Below are positions 1 to 10,143 of a stretch of DNA of 64,000 bases, piece after piece. This DNA comes from Perkinsela sp. CCAP 1560/9 (taxonomy: Eukaryota; Protista; Euglenozoa: Kinetoplastea). Numbering within the stretch: the stretch's first letter is position 1; every line of letters begins with the position of its first letter. The notes below the pieces were generated by a model. That model was given only the letters and a program-made list of their open reading frames with translations. It was not told the origin of the DNA and ran no database searches. A program made the translations under genes and the position numbers. The stretch covers positions 1,067,767 through 1,131,766 of the forward strand of contig CBFFSA010000004.1 in the NCBI GenBank assembly GCA_965644495.1. The letters are read 5' to 3'.

Positions 1-1624
1 TACGATTAATAAGTAGTTTCTCTACGCCGCGGCGTGTGGGACTAGGCGTGAACGAGACGTTCCAGGACTCCGGCACTATCGAAAGATTCTGTGGCGGCGA
101 TAAAGGGGCAGGGAGGTACGGGACTTTCTCTGCTTTGGAGTTGTCGGAAGTGTCCACCCCTGCGTCGTGCTCGGGCGTGCTGCTGGGATGGTCGCGATAT
201 GGTTCATCAGTTATCCGGTCTGGGGGGTGCTTTTCGGTATCAGAGGAAGAGATACGTGCGGGTGACGATGTTGTGATGCCAGGGGTAAGCCCTCTTTTGC
301 AGCAAAGGTGGCCACACGTGGTTTTGTCCTTACAGGGATGTTTACATGGTAGATTGTATGGGTTCTGAGGCTCTGGTTCGGGCTGTCGAGCGCTGAGGCG
401 CAATGTCGGTCCTTCCTGCAGCTTTTCTATAGCGAATTCGGGAGGTTCTCGCTTGGGAGATAGTTGGGACCCTCGGTTTACGGTCTTGGGAGTCATCTTT
501 CTGAGAGGCGGTGGTTTCGCTCGTGCTTCCGTGGGAGGGATGCCAAGGAGGCCTTTACATAATTCATACGCAAGATTGATAGCTGTTGAGGAGATAGTAT
601 GTTGTTTTCCTTCCGGAGGAGAAGAAGGGGATTTCCGAAAGGTGGGCACCTTACTTGCTTCACGCTGATCAGCTCTGTTGGCATGCGTTGTAGCAGGGTT
701 GTCGCTGTTTGATCTGGCGATTCCTGGGGCAATCAATTTTCTCTTCGCCGACATTTCTCCCTCGACGTGTTTCCTTGAGCGTTCGTAGTGGTTGGAGCCC
801 TCGCTTGTGGATCTGCCGCTGGGTGAAAACACTTCCGTGTTCGAGGAGTTCTGCGCAGTTTGGGGTTTGTCCGCACATTGAAATATGGGCTTGGTCAAGT
901 GGCGCAGTACTTTCACCATAAAGCCCCCAGAGTCTCCTGCCAGATTTTGACTCCCATTGTCGCGCGTACTGCTTTGTGGATCTAGTCTAGGTGCACTACC
1001 GGCGCTCGTACAAGTGGTGTGGAGGTGACGTTTACAACAGGGGTGCCCGCAGTTCGCCTTATCCTTGCAGATATGTTTGCACGGGGCGATAGGTTCAGGT
1101 ACATCCTTTACTACTTCAGATGATGGGGCTTCAGAGGACATTGTGTTTGTTTCCGTCCTCCTCGTTACATCGGGAACAGTATTCCCTTGGGATACATGTG
1201 TGGTACTATCTTCGGGAACACAGGTAGGAAGAAGATGTCGTTTACAACATGGGTGGCCGCACAGACTCTTGTCTTTGCAGGGATGCTTGCATTGTGAAAT
1301 GTTAAGGGGCTGAGTGGACGGCGGATTCGGCGCAGTCTTGCAGCAGGGATGGCCGCATTTTGTTTTCTCCTTACAAGTATGTTTACATCGCCGGGTCGTA
1401 TTTATTGCGGTTTCCTTCTTTTCAGTGTTTGTTTTCAGTGAACCTCTCATAGGAGCTTTGGAGCTGACTCGGTAGGAGTTTGCATGTTGAGCTGCATGTT
1501 CCTTGGCCTTGCGTTCAGCACCTGTCAGAGAGGTGGCGGATCGGCTAGTTACGTTGCCTAGTCTCTTATGAGAGTCCTGCAACGCCTGTGAGATTTCCCC
1601 ACTTCTGGCATGTGGCGAGGTCAT
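1..1624 (-). CDS. Partial ORF (>=541 aa, runs off the left edge) with four CKHxCK[DE]KxxCGHxCCK zinc-binding motifs; possibly the N-terminus of a retroelement ORF or a retrogene
   Basis: Manual translation from the ATG at 1624 (MTSPHARSGE...) has no stop to position 1. It is absent from the ORF track because its stop is outside the window. Motifs: CKHTCKEKTKCGHPCCK (~1337-1387), CKHPCKDKSLCGHPCCK (~1241-1291), CKHICKDKANCGHPCCK (~1031-1081), CKHPCKDKTTCGHLCCK (~296-346). Confidence 0.8.
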   Translation of the reverse strand, partial: MTSPHARSGEISQALQDSHKRLGNVTSRSATSLTGAERKAKEHAAQHANSYRVSSKAPMRGSLKTNTEKKETAINTTRRCKHTCKEKTKCGHPCCKTAPNPPSTQPLNISQCKHPCKDKSLCGHPCCKRHLLPTCVPEDSTTHVSQGNTVPDVTRRTETNTMSSEAPSSEVVKDVPEPIAPCKHICKDKANCGHPCCKRHLHTTCTSAGSAPRLDPQSSTRDNGSQNLAGDSGGFMVKVLRHLTKPIFQCADKPQTAQNSSNTEVFSPSGRSTSEGSNHYERSRKHVEGEMSAKRKLIAPGIARSNSDNPATTHANRADQREASKVPTFRKSPSSPPEGKQHTISSTAINLAYELCKGLLGIPPTEARAKPPPLRKMTPKTVNRGSQLSPKREPPEFAIEKLQEGPTLRLSARQPEPEPQNPYNLPCKHPCKDKTTCGHLCCKRGLTPGITTSSPARISSSDTEKHPPDRITDEPYRDHPSSTPEHDAGVDTSDNSKAEKVPYLPAPLSPPQNLSIVPESWNVSFTPSPTRRGVEKLLINR

Positions 1625-1656
1625 GAAGGGTCGTAAAAGTAGGGGAAAATAAAAGT

Positions 1657-1674
1657 CAACAAGGTACAGAAACT
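1657..1674 (-). other. Spliced-leader (mini-exon) 3'-half-like sequence
   Basis: Minus strand reads AGTTTCTGTACCTTGTTG, a 16/18 match to the conserved kinetoplastid SL 3' half AGTTTCTGTACTTTATTG. It is followed by ACTTTT rather than a GT donor and lies 32 nt upstream of the ATG at 1624. Confidence 0.55.
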
Positions 1675-1940
1675 ATATCGCTGCTAGATGTGGATGGTAA
1701 AAGGCTATGTTACGATCTTTCTATAAAACATGATACTCCCCCTCTCATTAATAATTATAGACCTAAAAATCATTAAAGGGATCGTTTATAGAAATTTAAT
1801 GAAACAATAATTCTGAGTCTCACTTTTATAATTAAAAACCTTAAATTCTTCATTTTTGTACTTATTAAAGCTTCCGCGAACCCTGTTTCATATCTCTAGT
1901 ACCTCTATCACAATATTTTTTACAGCATAAATTTTGTGTC

Positions 1941-3974
1941 ATGTTTCCTGAGGTACGAAGTTTAACTCAGGTCGCGAAGTTGTTCCCGAACACAGTGGAA
2001 GGAATAAAAAAGATTGCGACGACGGCTCAAACCGAGGCACTGCAATGTATTCGTTCCATTGTGGGCACGAACTCCACAACATGGGATTCCGTAATATCGC
2101 AACAAGATCGTTCCCTGGCTTCTTTTGCCGTGACACAAAATATTCTTGGAGTGATTAAAGAAACCTCACCGAATGCCGAGATTCGCGAGTCGGCACGAAG
2201 CTACTACCTTGAACTTGAGAACTTCGGAATCGAGCAGTTTCAATGTAATCGAAAGCTATATCAAAAATTTAATGAGTGCGCGAAGTCATGCGTCGCAGAA
2301 TATAGTACGAACGCATGTCGCTCGTACTACGTACAGGAGACAGCATCTGTCTATCGTCGGTTGGGCTTGGAATTGCCCGAGGAACAGTTTGAAAAGGTGC
2401 TCGAGGTTCAACGCAAAATATCACAACTGCGAACCGATTTCCAGAAACAGATTGCTGAAGATACCCGAAAAATTGTTGTATCCGTAGATGAGCTCCGAGG
2501 TGTACCTTTAGACACGATACAAACGTTGAAGATGGATTCCGAGAACAGAGATTCTTACCTTGTAGGTACCGATTATCCAACGTATTTTTCCATCATGCGA
2601 AACTGTCAAGTGGAATCTACGCGGCAAAGTCTTGCAGAGGCCTTTGACAGCAGAGCCTTCCCAGCGAACGAGAAAATCCTCGCAGAGCTGATTCACTGCA
2701 GACACGTCCTGGCACAACTTGTTGGCTACGAAAGTTACGCCTCCCTTGATTTGGAAGACAAAATGGTGGGGTCTCCGACTGCCGCACAGGATTTCCTGCA
2801 AGAGTTAATCCCACCTCTCCGCAAAAAATGGAGCAAAGAATATGAAATTCTTAAAGACAATCTCCCGGGCGGCGTTACCCTCTCCTCGGAGGGTCGCATA
2901 AAATCGTGGGATCTGATGTACGTGATTCATCAATACAAGACGAAGCACTTGCAGGTGGACGAAAATCTACTGAAGGAGTACTTCCCCCTGTCGGTCACGG
3001 TGGACGGGTTGTTCCACGTGCTCAGCTCATTTCTAGATTTGCACTTGGAAAAAGTTCACGACGTCGAGTTCTGGGATCCCCAAGTTTTTGCGCTTCGCGT
3101 CACCTCTCGTGCCTCAGGAAATCTCGTTGGTCACATCGTGTTGGACTTATTTCCCCGGGAGGGGAAATACTCCCACGCATGCTGTTGTGGGATTGTCCCA
3201 AGTGTGAACGATGGTGAGTCTTTCACCCCCGCTGTAGCGGTGGTGTTAGCCAACTTTCCTGTAGCTGTGGGCGATACTCCAGCACTGTTCACGCACAATG
3301 ATGTTGTAACCTTCTTTCACGAGATGGGGCATGCGTTCCACATGTTACTTGGGCGTAGCGAGATGTGTACGATGGCAGGGTATAACGTAAAAACTGATTT
3401 CGTCGAAATGCCGTCACAAATTTTGGAATACTGGATGTGGGAATCGTCCATTTTGCGAGAAATCTCAAGTCATTACAGGACGAAAGAGCCCTTGCCAGAT
3501 GCACTGATTCAGGCTAAAATTGATGCTCGGAATTTTTTCGCTGGGAGGGATACGTTACGACAAATTATCTTTGCTACTCTTTCGTTACGTCTCTACAACG
3601 CCCAGTTTGCCGCACAAGACGTCAGCATGATGCAACCCGAGAAGGAGATGAAAAAACTCACCGAAGAACTCCTACCCGGCATTGAAACACTCCCGAATTC
3701 TCACTTCACTTGCAGCTTTGGTCATCTTGAGGGTTACGGCGCTGCGTACTATGGATATTTGTATGCAGAAGTGTTTGCCGCTGATGTCTTTCATTCTCTG
3801 CACGAACGAAAAGGTCTTCTTAGTCCTGTTGAAGGTAAAAACTATGTAAAAGCCATCATCGGAGTCGGAGGTTCCTCACACCCCAGCATTATGTTACGAC
3901 GCTATTTAGGTCGGGATCCCAACAGTGCAGCTTTTTGGAAGAAAATTGGAGTCACTCAGCCAAAAAATGAATGA
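1941..3974 (+). CDS. M3A family metallopeptidase (thimet oligopeptidase/neurolysin-like)
   Basis: HEXXH motif FHEMGHAFH, DFVEMPSQ, LDLFPREGKYSHA, FGHLEGYGAAYYGYLY; 677 aa. Confidence 0.95.
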   Translation: MFPEVRSLTQVAKLFPNTVEGIKKIATTAQTEALQCIRSIVGTNSTTWDSVISQQDRSLASFAVTQNILGVIKETSPNAEIRESARSYYLELENFGIEQFQCNRKLYQKFNECAKSCVAEYSTNACRSYYVQETASVYRRLGLELPEEQFEKVLEVQRKISQLRTDFQKQIAEDTRKIVVSVDELRGVPLDTIQTLKMDSENRDSYLVGTDYPTYFSIMRNCQVESTRQSLAEAFDSRAFPANEKILAELIHCRHVLAQLVGYESYASLDLEDKMVGSPTAAQDFLQELIPPLRKKWSKEYEILKDNLPGGVTLSSEGRIKSWDLMYVIHQYKTKHLQVDENLLKEYFPLSVTVDGLFHVLSSFLDLHLEKVHDVEFWDPQVFALRVTSRASGNLVGHIVLDLFPREGKYSHACCCGIVPSVNDGESFTPAVAVVLANFPVAVGDTPALFTHNDVVTFFHEMGHAFHMLLGRSEMCTMAGYNVKTDFVEMPSQILEYWMWESSILREISSHYRTKEPLPDALIQAKIDARNFFAGRDTLRQIIFATLSLRLYNAQFAAQDVSMMQPEKEMKKLTEELLPGIETLPNSHFTCSFGHLEGYGAAYYGYLYAEVFAADVFHSLHERKGLLSPVEGKNYVKAIIGVGGSSHPSIMLRRYLGRDPNSAAFWKKIGVTQPKNE

Positions 3975-4442
3975 AAGCGGAAGGCACTCTGCACTCAATC
4001 AATGATATTATGGAAGGACGCGTCCTCTGGTTACTTTATTCCCTGTTGTAAATCGTGTAGGGTAAATGGTTGCCTTGAGGCCGTGATGTTCACCTACTCT
4101 TGTTTTTTTTAATCTTCATTGGCCTCTGTGGTGTCCTAAAAATCAATGAAATGAATTTAGTGGTTAAGCGAACTTGTCTACACACCTGTTTGTAGAATGG
4201 CGTGCAAATTTTTGCCTTATTTTTGATTCTTTCTGAATCTACATTCCAGGTCCCGAAAGATACTCGAACATACATTTCTAATTTTATGAGCCCGTTTTGT
4301 GAACCATATTTCAAACTTGATCATGTTATTTTCCATTTTTTTTTAGCTAAGCTAATTTTCTATTCTATTCTATTCTTCGGATCGATACAGCGAACTCGAC
4401 GATAAACGAACCCGCAACCTATCTTGATCATCATCGATATTT

Positions 4443-4868
4443 ATGATCTCCCCCTCCGCTTATCTCTATGGTGAAACTGCTGCTGTTGTGGAGAATTCCG
4501 GAAGGCCACACACCGCTCGCGCGTCACTCACACCCAAAGGGGGACCTCTCACCGGCTTCCGCATGTGTGCCACATCCCACAAGGAGATGAATTACCGAAA
4601 GGAGCGTCTGGGCTGGAAGGCGTACAACTATACCGACCCGTTCCTACCATTCCAGTCCAAACGGCCGAGCAGGCATGTGGAGACGATCCATCCTGGCTCA
4701 TGGTTTGGCGCTGGACATTATAACATTCGAAAGTCGTATTGGGTAATGTACTCGTGGTTACCCATGACAGGGATTATAGGCGGGGGTCTAGGTTACGCGG
4801 TCTACATGACGAAGATGATGCGAAATGGGTGGGTTTTGAAGAATCAAGGCGCTGTGGTGGGAGATTGA
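4443..4868 (+). CDS. Hypothetical small protein with a C-terminal transmembrane segment (possibly mitochondrial)
   Basis: 141-aa ORF in cluster orientation, GC-richer than its flanks, with hydrophobic segment WVMYSWLPMTGIIGGGLGYAVYM. Confidence 0.6.
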   Translation: MISPSAYLYGETAAVVENSGRPHTARASLTPKGGPLTGFRMCATSHKEMNYRKERLGWKAYNYTDPFLPFQSKRPSRHVETIHPGSWFGAGHYNIRKSYWVMYSWLPMTGIIGGGLGYAVYMTKMMRNGWVLKNQGAVVGD

Positions 4869-5391
4869 AAGCCTTATGTGTACAAATAATGTAAAAATGA
4901 CTACTATTATTCTCGTACGTTCGTGAATACCGATCGTACGTGTACAATGAACGATATACCAGGTATTTCGTTTATTCTATGTTGCTGATTACGCGCAGAA
5001 CTAGCTTGTGTGAATATGCTGTGATCCCATTAACTTCGTATAACTCCCTAAAACTCTTTTTATCGTACCTTTTGTTGCCCACCATTTCTTATTCTTACAA
5101 TGCAAAATTCAAGTAAAACCTACTATGAAAAGCACATCTTAAAAAATTGAGAAAAATTGATTTGTTTGCGTCTGATTGTGCTCCTTAAACTAAACAACAC
5201 GAAATAGAAAGTCCGTAAATGTGGCCTCTTCTATATCTGCCATATCTTTTTCATTTTATGCACTTTTCAGATTTTATGCACTTTTTATCTGCTTTCCTGT
5301 TGAAAGCGAATGAAACTATTTGGACCAGAGCCTCATCCTAAGAAGCCACCGAGTTAATTTGCGAAAGAAAAGTCGACACTCCTACGCACCG

Positions 5392-6501
5392 ATGCCATTG
5401 TCCTCACTCTACGAAGGCTATCACTCGCGATACGACGAGGCACGCACGAAAACTTTTCGCGGTGCCTCCTTTACCCTTCTTTTATGTCTTTTCATGGGCC
5501 TTGTTCTGTGGATCGAGACCGACTACTACCTCTCAACCGAGACCATCTCACACGTTAGTAACTCCCTCGAGGTCGAACACCAAATCCCACTCAACTTCAA
5601 CATGACCTTTCCAGCAGCACACTGTGACGAACTCTACTTTGAGCTTCACGACGCCTCGGGGGTTGTCCGCAATATTAACGACAACGTCTCGCGTGTCCCG
5701 CTGCTCACTCCCTTCAATGCGCAATCGACACGTCCCGTTCAAAAGCCTAAACCTCATACGTGTGGTTCTTGCTACGGTGCAGAGTCGAACGATTTACAGT
5801 GCTGTGAGAGTTGTGAGGACATAATCCGCGCATATCTCACGAAAGGGTGGATGCCACTTCCTTTGGAACACTACTCACAGTGTGTGACCGAGGTACCGTA
5901 CACCCACGAGGGCTCCGGTTGTCGCGTCTCGGCTTGCATACCCGTGACACTCCCGAAAGGGAGCCTTCGCATTCACTCGGGACCGATGCGATCGGTAGCG
6001 GGTATCACCGTACTGGACGCTCAACTTCATACAAACAACCAACCTGAAAGAGAGGCTCGACCCGATGTGGATGTTCGTCACTCGTTTCACCACCTGAGTT
6101 TTGGGGATACGCCAGACACAGTGGCATCCACCATCTCGGGATTTGTTACCCCTGAGTCAGGCCATTCGTATGTGCATCACTATATTCTGCAAGCCGTACG
6201 CACGATGTTATGCAACCGCAACGGTACGGTGTGGAATCACACACAGTACAGTGTAGCGAGGCATGTAAAAGAAATAACGGAGCAGGCACCTCACATTCCT
6301 GGAGTTTACCTAAGCTATGAATTTAGTCCACTACTTCTTCGCGTTACGCAACGCTCGCCGTACCGTAGCATATTCCACTTTCTGCTGTATCTTAGTTCAA
6401 TTGCTGCCGGGGTTTATGTCGCATTGTCTGTGGTTGAATCTTTGTGTCATTATGGAATGCATCACTGGCGCAAAAAAGCCCAAATTGGGAAGCAAGCCTG
6501 A
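5392..6501 (+). CDS. ERV46: ER-Golgi intermediate compartment protein, Erv46/ERGIC3-like
   Basis: N-terminal TM after KTFRGA, LNFNMTFPAAHC, CGSCYGAE...CCESCEDI cysteine motif, HSFHHLSFG, PGVYLSYEFSPL, C-terminal TM and terminal IGKQA. First ATG at 5392. Confidence 0.9.
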   Translation: MPLSSLYEGYHSRYDEARTKTFRGASFTLLLCLFMGLVLWIETDYYLSTETISHVSNSLEVEHQIPLNFNMTFPAAHCDELYFELHDASGVVRNINDNVSRVPLLTPFNAQSTRPVQKPKPHTCGSCYGAESNDLQCCESCEDIIRAYLTKGWMPLPLEHYSQCVTEVPYTHEGSGCRVSACIPVTLPKGSLRIHSGPMRSVAGITVLDAQLHTNNQPEREARPDVDVRHSFHHLSFGDTPDTVASTISGFVTPESGHSYVHHYILQAVRTMLCNRNGTVWNHTQYSVARHVKEITEQAPHIPGVYLSYEFSPLLLRVTQRSPYRSIFHFLLYLSSIAAGVYVALSVVESLCHYGMHHWRKKAQIGKQA

Positions 6502-6728
6502 CCGAGACTGATATAGAATTATGAAGCTACTCCCCACTTCTTATAGACATGCTTTCTATAAACCAATTCACTTATGACGACAAAAGGTTTAAGCTGTCTT
6601 TCATGATATAGCTACTTTGTAGTTACATTGCGTATTTCTTCCATGAAAGATTTTAAGCTTTGACACCTAAGGATTTTACTACAAAGGGATTTGATAGCAA
6701 GAGCAAACTACACATTTACAGAACTTAT

Positions 6729-7127
6729 ATGACTTCAGAAGATTCTTTGCCTAATCAACCTAATGGGCTTCCTATATCTAGCGTAAGATGGAATGAACAC
6801 ATGAGTCAGAACGAGATCGATCGAGTTCATCCTCCCGCTTCGACGCAGGAAATGCTGGTCCAGCAAGAAGCACAGATTGAATCTCTTGGCGGGGGTGTAC
6901 AGCGAGTACGTGAGGCAGCCGAGGATATTCGCTTCGCTTTAGAAGAGGATGAAGGAGCAAGAAAAGATCTTGAAGGCTCTTTAGATAAATTAATGTCCAA
7001 GGTACAAGCTCTGAATCTTCGAGTGAGCAAGTTTCTTAGTCGGCAATCGACGAAAACGAAGCTAGTTTGTATCATTATTGGTATATTAATACTTACTTTG
7101 CTTTTGATTTTTGCTTTACTAGTCTGA
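6729..7127 (+). CDS. Qc-SNARE (Bet1/syntaxin-6/8-like)
   Basis: QQEAQIESLGGGVQRVREAAEDIRFAL SNARE heptads followed by a C-terminal tail anchor. Start could be 6729 or 6801. Confidence 0.8.
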   Translation: MTSEDSLPNQPNGLPISSVRWNEHMSQNEIDRVHPPASTQEMLVQQEAQIESLGGGVQRVREAAEDIRFALEEDEGARKDLEGSLDKLMSKVQALNLRVSKFLSRQSTKTKLVCIIIGILILTLLLIFALLV

Positions 7128-7653
7128 CATTTGCGTAAACGGTTTATCTATCACTGCATACTAATCTGTACTTGCACAAGCCGCATAAAATGTGAGATGC
7201 AGGAATGGTCAGTAAAGCTCTAACATGATCTTTTTTGACTCAATCCTCGCTATAATGGAGACGTCGTGACCGCACGCATTTAATTGGTGCTTACACACTT
7301 ACATTGTATGATCAGACATAACGAAATCATAAATAGTCAGCGCAAGATAATATAATTGTCTTCCTAGGTAATATCATCTTTCAAGATAATATTATCTAGT
7401 ACATGCAGTATTTTCATCATGTAGTTCTACATGTATCTTCCTCACGCTTCAATGCTATTAATTATCAACAAAGCGACGCCGGGCTTGGAACCGGTATCTA
7501 GCGTGTTTACGTAGGTGGTAATAATGCATGTTTTACACACTGTATGTACTACTCTACATAAGACGATTGACTACCTAAGAAGGCTACATAAGAAAGATTG
7601 AACATTGACTCTTAAGCATTATCAATTCATTGTATTCTCTACTTTTTTGGAGC

Positions 7654-8361
7654 ATGAGCTTATTGGACCAATTTCAAGTTCCTGTCAAAAAAACAGAGTC
7701 GAACAGCATGCACTTAACATTTTCATTGAAGCTCAAAAAAGTATTACGTGGCGCATATAATGCGGCAGTAGAGGAAAGCTGCATACCATTTACTCAGAAT
7801 TCGACTAAGTGTGAAGGAAAAGATAGGCATTTTAACGTGCAGATGCAAAGGGCTCCATACGTATCTGTCACTGATGTTCTGGAAGAGTGGTATGAACAAA
7901 TGATACGACAAGCTGAAGCTTGCACAATTCGCAGTGTTATATGTTTCTTGAAGGAACTTTTGTTCTTTACGCTTCCCAATTCTTTGGCAAGCACGTCGGC
8001 TGAACAAAGATATTTTGCAAGTTTCATTGACACTACCCATTTACATACAGCACGGCACGGTCAAAGTAAGTCACAAAAAGGGGAGAAACACAAAAGAAGC
8101 GTAGACAAGGACATGAGTTCCGAAGCACAAGAATACAAGTGTAGCGTTGAGGCAGAGAAAGTGGCGACACTTGCTCCCGTTGAGTATCTTGTTCGCTTAA
8201 TCTCCCTTCTGCCCCATATTCTAAAGAAGTACGCCTCTTTTTATGGTACTCTACCCGTCGGCACGCACTCAGGTCTAGAGCAGTGTTTGCAGTCACTATT
8301 AGATTATCTGGGGACAAGCGTCCAATTTTTGTCTCGGGATAAATATCAGGATATTAGTTAA
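7654..8361 (+). CDS. MRG-domain protein (Eaf3/MRG15-like, no chromodomain evident)
   Basis: LKLKKVL, PYVSVTDVLEEW, LKELLFFTL and APVEYLVRLISLLP resemble the MRG domain signature (YGxxHLLRLFVxLP). Confidence 0.6.
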   Translation: MSLLDQFQVPVKKTESNSMHLTFSLKLKKVLRGAYNAAVEESCIPFTQNSTKCEGKDRHFNVQMQRAPYVSVTDVLEEWYEQMIRQAEACTIRSVICFLKELLFFTLPNSLASTSAEQRYFASFIDTTHLHTARHGQSKSQKGEKHKRSVDKDMSSEAQEYKCSVEAEKVATLAPVEYLVRLISLLPHILKKYASFYGTLPVGTHSGLEQCLQSLLDYLGTSVQFLSRDKYQDIS

Positions 8362-8574
8362 GGCGAATGACCTTGTGTTTGTTTTTGGTGCTACTTCTTC
8401 AGCTTTCCAAAAAGCAAAAAACTCTCATAAAAATAGTACTGTATCAAAAATCGGTGGATTCTCAGCCGTTTGATTGATCAGCATCACAATGCCTTTTTCT
8501 GGAGCTCTGGACGTCGGCTGTATTTCCCCGAATGATCAGAACATGCCCCCACTATTCGAAAAATATGCTATTAA

Positions 8575-8870
8575 ACCCTGTTCCGGGTTAATGTGCCTAT
8601 AGCCAATTATTGTACCGGCGGGGGCACAATAAGTCGGAACGACCGCTATTATTGTGCCCCCCCGACAGAAAAGAGGTGACCAAGCAGTTTTCGCCACTGC
8701 TGCCGACCAGGCACGTACGATATTGCGGTAGTCAAAGCACTATTTAAGTCAAAAAAATCACCACATAGCTTGCACTTTTCAGAGGTATTTTTGTCCATGA
8801 TAGTAAACCCTTTTATGATGGCTAGTTATTGTGCCGGGGGGGGGGGGCACAATAACCCGGAATGCTGGTA
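8575..8870. mobile_element. Degenerate MITE-like foldback element
   Basis: TTCCGGGTTAATGTGCC (8581) and GGCACAATAACCCGGAA (8846-8862) are inverted at 16/17. The motif TTATTGT(G/A)CC recurs several times internally on both strands. Confidence 0.45.
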
Positions 8871-9509
8871 GTAAATATGCCATCAATAAATCTTACACGA
8901 AATCAGATCATTTTGCTGGCCATGATAGAATGTGAACTTGTGTTAGTAATCCCCCATTTCTCTATATGGCTATTTACATGTGAATAGAACTCGAATAAAC
9001 ATACTTGAATTTATATTCTAATTATATTTGTAGGACTATTATTCCCATATTTACAAGTGATAAAATTTTGAACATGTATTTAAAACCCATTCGTAAGTAT
9101 ATTGAGTGGAAGGCCTATATTAGGAAACGGCCGTATTTTATTTATAAGAATGTTTATCTACAAGAAGTGGAAACTGGTGTGTTTTCGAATATAAAAGTGC
9201 GTTTATTTAGAATCCAAGTTTCTTAATATTCTTTTCTATACTACATTATATCAATGCCAAATTGGGTTCTAAATACAGTCCAGGTATTGGTTTCCCCCCC
9301 CAGGCTCCTGAGCACACCGTAAGAGCTTTTGACCTAATTCCTTCGGCATTCAACAGATCTCGAAAAAGTAGAGCGTTTCCCGTCGTTTGTTTGCCCATCA
9401 CCCCCCCTGGGTTCTGGGTGGGTGTGATCAAAGATGGCAAATTTCAAAAAAAAGAAAATGTTTTTGAAGGGAGGTAAAAAATGACAAAAAAGGTGTATGA
9501 ATTCCTATA

Positions 9510-9908
9510 TTAATACCCACAATGGTCTCCTTGAACGCTCTGCACTATTCGCAAGCGTTTAGGTACTGAATTTATGCAATTTAAGACTTGGCGTCGATAA
9601 GGATGACGCTTAAGCATCATGAAGGCTTTCTTTATTGCCTTCCGGAGCTGTGTTTCAGTCTCTGGCTTCAGAATTTCTTTTACAATTCGGTCCATTATTG
9701 ACCAAACATTCTCGATCGGATTGAGCTCAGGAGAGAGTGCTGGCCACTCCAATCGAGTAATTCCTTTTTCGAAAAGGACACGCTTCGTTTTGTTATGCGT
9801 GGCCGCATTGTCCATTTGCACAATCGCTTGTTCTCTATTTTCAACTAAATATTCAAGAATACCCCCCCTTTTTGAAAAACACTCAACAAGAATCGTTTCA
9901 CCCTTCAC
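9510..9908 (-). pseudogene. Tc1/mariner (IS630-Tc1-mariner) transposase C-terminal remnant
   Basis: QMDNAATH ... LEWPALSPELNPIENVW catalytic motifs and Tc1-like ending GDHCGY*. The HTH domain and first Asp are missing. Confidence 0.9.
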
Positions 9909-9956
9909 GGAACTTGCATCCCTAATTTTTTTATGTATTCCACCAGAGGGCTATGT

Positions 9957-10024
9957 GAGAGCTCTCGAATGCGCTATTATTTTCTAAAATTGGCCATGTA
10001 TTAAAATTTTTAGATCCCCCCAGA
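9957..10024 (-). repeat. Transposon terminal sequence (TA|CAGGGGG...), homologous to 47827-47915
   Basis: GAGAGCTCTCGAATGCGCT...TTTTTAGATCCCCC...CCCCCCTG-TA matches the reverse complement of TA-CAGGGGGGTAAATC...CAGCGCATTCGAGAGCTCTC at 47827-47915. Confidence 0.65.
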
Positions 10025-10143
10025 GCGAGCTAATCCCCCCTGTATCTTGTCATTTAAAAGGCACTACAAACTTGCTTCTGATTTTTTAGCGGATATCATG
10101 GCATAGGGGATTGTTTTTTATAGTCCGAGTACACCACTTATCT

